Source: an uncultured Solirubrobacterales bacterium (GTDB lineage: Bacteria > Actinomycetota > Thermoleophilia > Solirubrobacterales > Solirubrobacteraceae). From it: a stretch of DNA of 64,000 bases. The position numbers were made by a program, and so were the translations under genes. Below are positions 62,565-64,000 of the stretch, in pieces. How positions within the stretch are numbered: the stretch's first letter is position 1; each line of letters begins with the position of its first letter. The notes beneath the pieces are model-generated. The model saw only the letters and a program-made list of their open reading frames with translations. It ran no database searches and had not been told where the DNA came from. The DNA lies in assembly GCA_963794825.1 (NCBI GenBank), contig CAWCFB010000001.1:737528-801527 (forward strand), read 5' to 3'.

Positions 62565-63239
62565 ATGGAACGGATCCTGGTGGTCGAGGATGAAGCTGGA
62601 ATCGTCGACTTTCTCGAACGCGGCCTCAGCGCCGAAGGGTTCAGCGTCGTCTCCGCCGCAGATGGCAACGAGGGGCTGGAGCTCGCACTGCGCGACGATA
62701 TCGACCTGGTCGTCCTCGACCTCATGCTCCCCGAGCGGAGCGGCATGGAGGTGCTCGCCGCGCTGCGCGAGTCCAAGCCGGCGCTACCGGTGATCGTGCT
62801 GACGGCGAGGGGGGAGATCGAGGATCGAGTGGCCGGTCTCGACGCCGGCGCTGTTGACTATCTCGTCAAGCCGTTCTCGCTCTCGGAGCTGGCGGCGAGG
62901 ATCAGGGCGCAGCTCAGGGTCGCCGCCCAGACGCCCGCGACGACGCTGGCGGCGGCCGGCATCGCGGTCAACCTGCTGAGCCGAGAGGTCCACCGCAACG
63001 AACAGCTGGTCCGGCTCTCGACCACCGAGTTCGAGCTGCTGGTGTACCTGATGCGCAACCGCGGGCGGGTCGTCTCCCGAGAGCAGATCCTGCGCGCCGT
63101 GTGGGGCTACGGCTATGACCCGGGTACAAACGTAGTCGACGTGTACGTCGGCTATCTGCGTCGCAAGCTGGGCGATGGCGGCAAGTCCCCGATCGTCACG
63201 GTCCGCTCGGTCGGCTACATCTTCGACGGTGACAGCTAA
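62565..63239 (+). CDS. OmpR-family response regulator
   Basis: ILVVEDE, LDLMLP, DYLVKPF, NVVDVYVGYLRRKL. Confidence 0.95.
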   Translation: MERILVVEDEAGIVDFLERGLSAEGFSVVSAADGNEGLELALRDDIDLVVLDLMLPERSGMEVLAALRESKPALPVIVLTARGEIEDRVAGLDAGAVDYLVKPFSLSELAARIRAQLRVAAQTPATTLAAAGIAVNLLSREVHRNEQLVRLSTTEFELLVYLMRNRGRVVSREQILRAVWGYGYDPGTNVVDVYVGYLRRKLGDGGKSPIVTVRSVGYIFDGDS

Positions 63240-64000
63240 GCGTGCCGACCGGCGCTTCCGTCCGATCGGACTCCGGTGGCGCCTCACAGCGTGGGTGGCA
63301 AGCGTGCTGTTGTTCTCCGCCGCAGTGGTCTTCCTGGTCGTTTACAAGAGCACCGGGTCGCAGCTGACAGGACAGATCAACCGGGCGGTCACGGTCGACA
63401 CGAACCAGCTGGCGCAGGCGCTCCGTACACGCGCCGGCGCCACGCCACGGGAGCTCGCCGCCCGCGCTGACCGATACCTCGCGGCGCAGCCATTCAGCGC
63501 CACATCGACGTTGCTGTTCGTGATCATCCCGGGAGCTGCCACCGTCAGCAACCATCCCGAGCTGTTCTCCGCGGCGAGGACCGACACCGACGAGTCTCCG
63601 CATGACCAGGTGACCGAGGCCCAGCAGACAGAGCGGCTGGGGACCCCGCGGCTCGGCCTGTCCACCCAGTACGTCCCTGACCTCGGACACGTCCGGATCC
63701 ACGAACGCGCGGTGACCGTCGGCGGGATGCGCGTCGTCGCCGGCGCCGGCCAGCCGCTCGCGCAAGTGGAATCCGCCCAGCACAGCGTCGGGCGTGCGTT
63801 CCTGATCGCCGGGGCGGCAGCGATCGTGATCGTGCTGCTGGCCTCCTACCTCGCCGGCGTGCGCGTGTCGGCGCCGCTGCGGCGGATGGCCGCGGTGGCC
63901 TCGCGCGTCGACGCCGGCGACCTGAACCCCCGGATGGACGTCAACTCGAGCCGCGGCGACGAGGTCCAAGTGCTCGGCGATGCGTTCAACCACATGCTCG
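63229..64000 (+). CDS. HAMP sensor histidine kinase, 3'-truncated by window edge
   Basis: GTG 63229, LRWRLTAWVA TM1, TM2, HAMP APLRRMA...DEVQVLGDAFNHML; absent from the ORF track because it has no stop in the window. Confidence 0.9.
   Translation, partial: MTAKRADRRFRPIGLRWRLTAWVASVLLFSAAVVFLVVYKSTGSQLTGQINRAVTVDTNQLAQALRTRAGATPRELAARADRYLAAQPFSATSTLLFVIIPGAATVSNHPELFSAARTDTDESPHDQVTEAQQTERLGTPRLGLSTQYVPDLGHVRIHERAVTVGGMRVVAGAGQPLAQVESAQHSVGRAFLIAGAAAIVIVLLASYLAGVRVSAPLRRMAAVASRVDAGDLNPRMDVNSSRGDEVQVLGDAFNHML

Overview
High-GC actinobacterial chromosome segment; gene order and protein style suggest Thermoleophilia/Solirubrobacterales (inference, not verified). It is mostly core genome on the + strand. 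In order: fluoride riboswitch-crcB-crcB-DUF190; tRNA-Arg(CCG); rnz; a PyrR-controlled pyrR-B-C-carAB-pyrK-pyrD operon; mIHF-gmk-rpoZ-coaBC; MoxR-DUF58-transglutaminase-TPR; rimP-nusA-infB-DUF503-rbfA-nrnA-truB-ribF-rpsO; pnp-M16-dapB; a DesA3-type desaturase pair; dapA-rnj; a two-component system; ftsK-rodZ-like-cinA-thpR; an accessory block (sedolisin plus PrsW-like zinc-ribbon protein, VOC, flavin reductase, cupin); recA-recX-rny; and a second two-component system. About 15 small indels break otherwise intact genes, including carB, pyrD and rnj, so they are most likely assembly errors; the apparent CarB-PyrK fusion is one result. I saw no CRISPR array, transposase or integrase. The most unusual signals are non-coding: three abutting, different, perfect palindromes all centred on CATG with an exact 23-bp period (23828-23897, just upstream of the rimP-nusA promoter), and a promoter-driven ~220-nt structured RNA candidate upstream of rny. 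NusA also carries an atypical C-terminal C3H zinc-finger-like motif.
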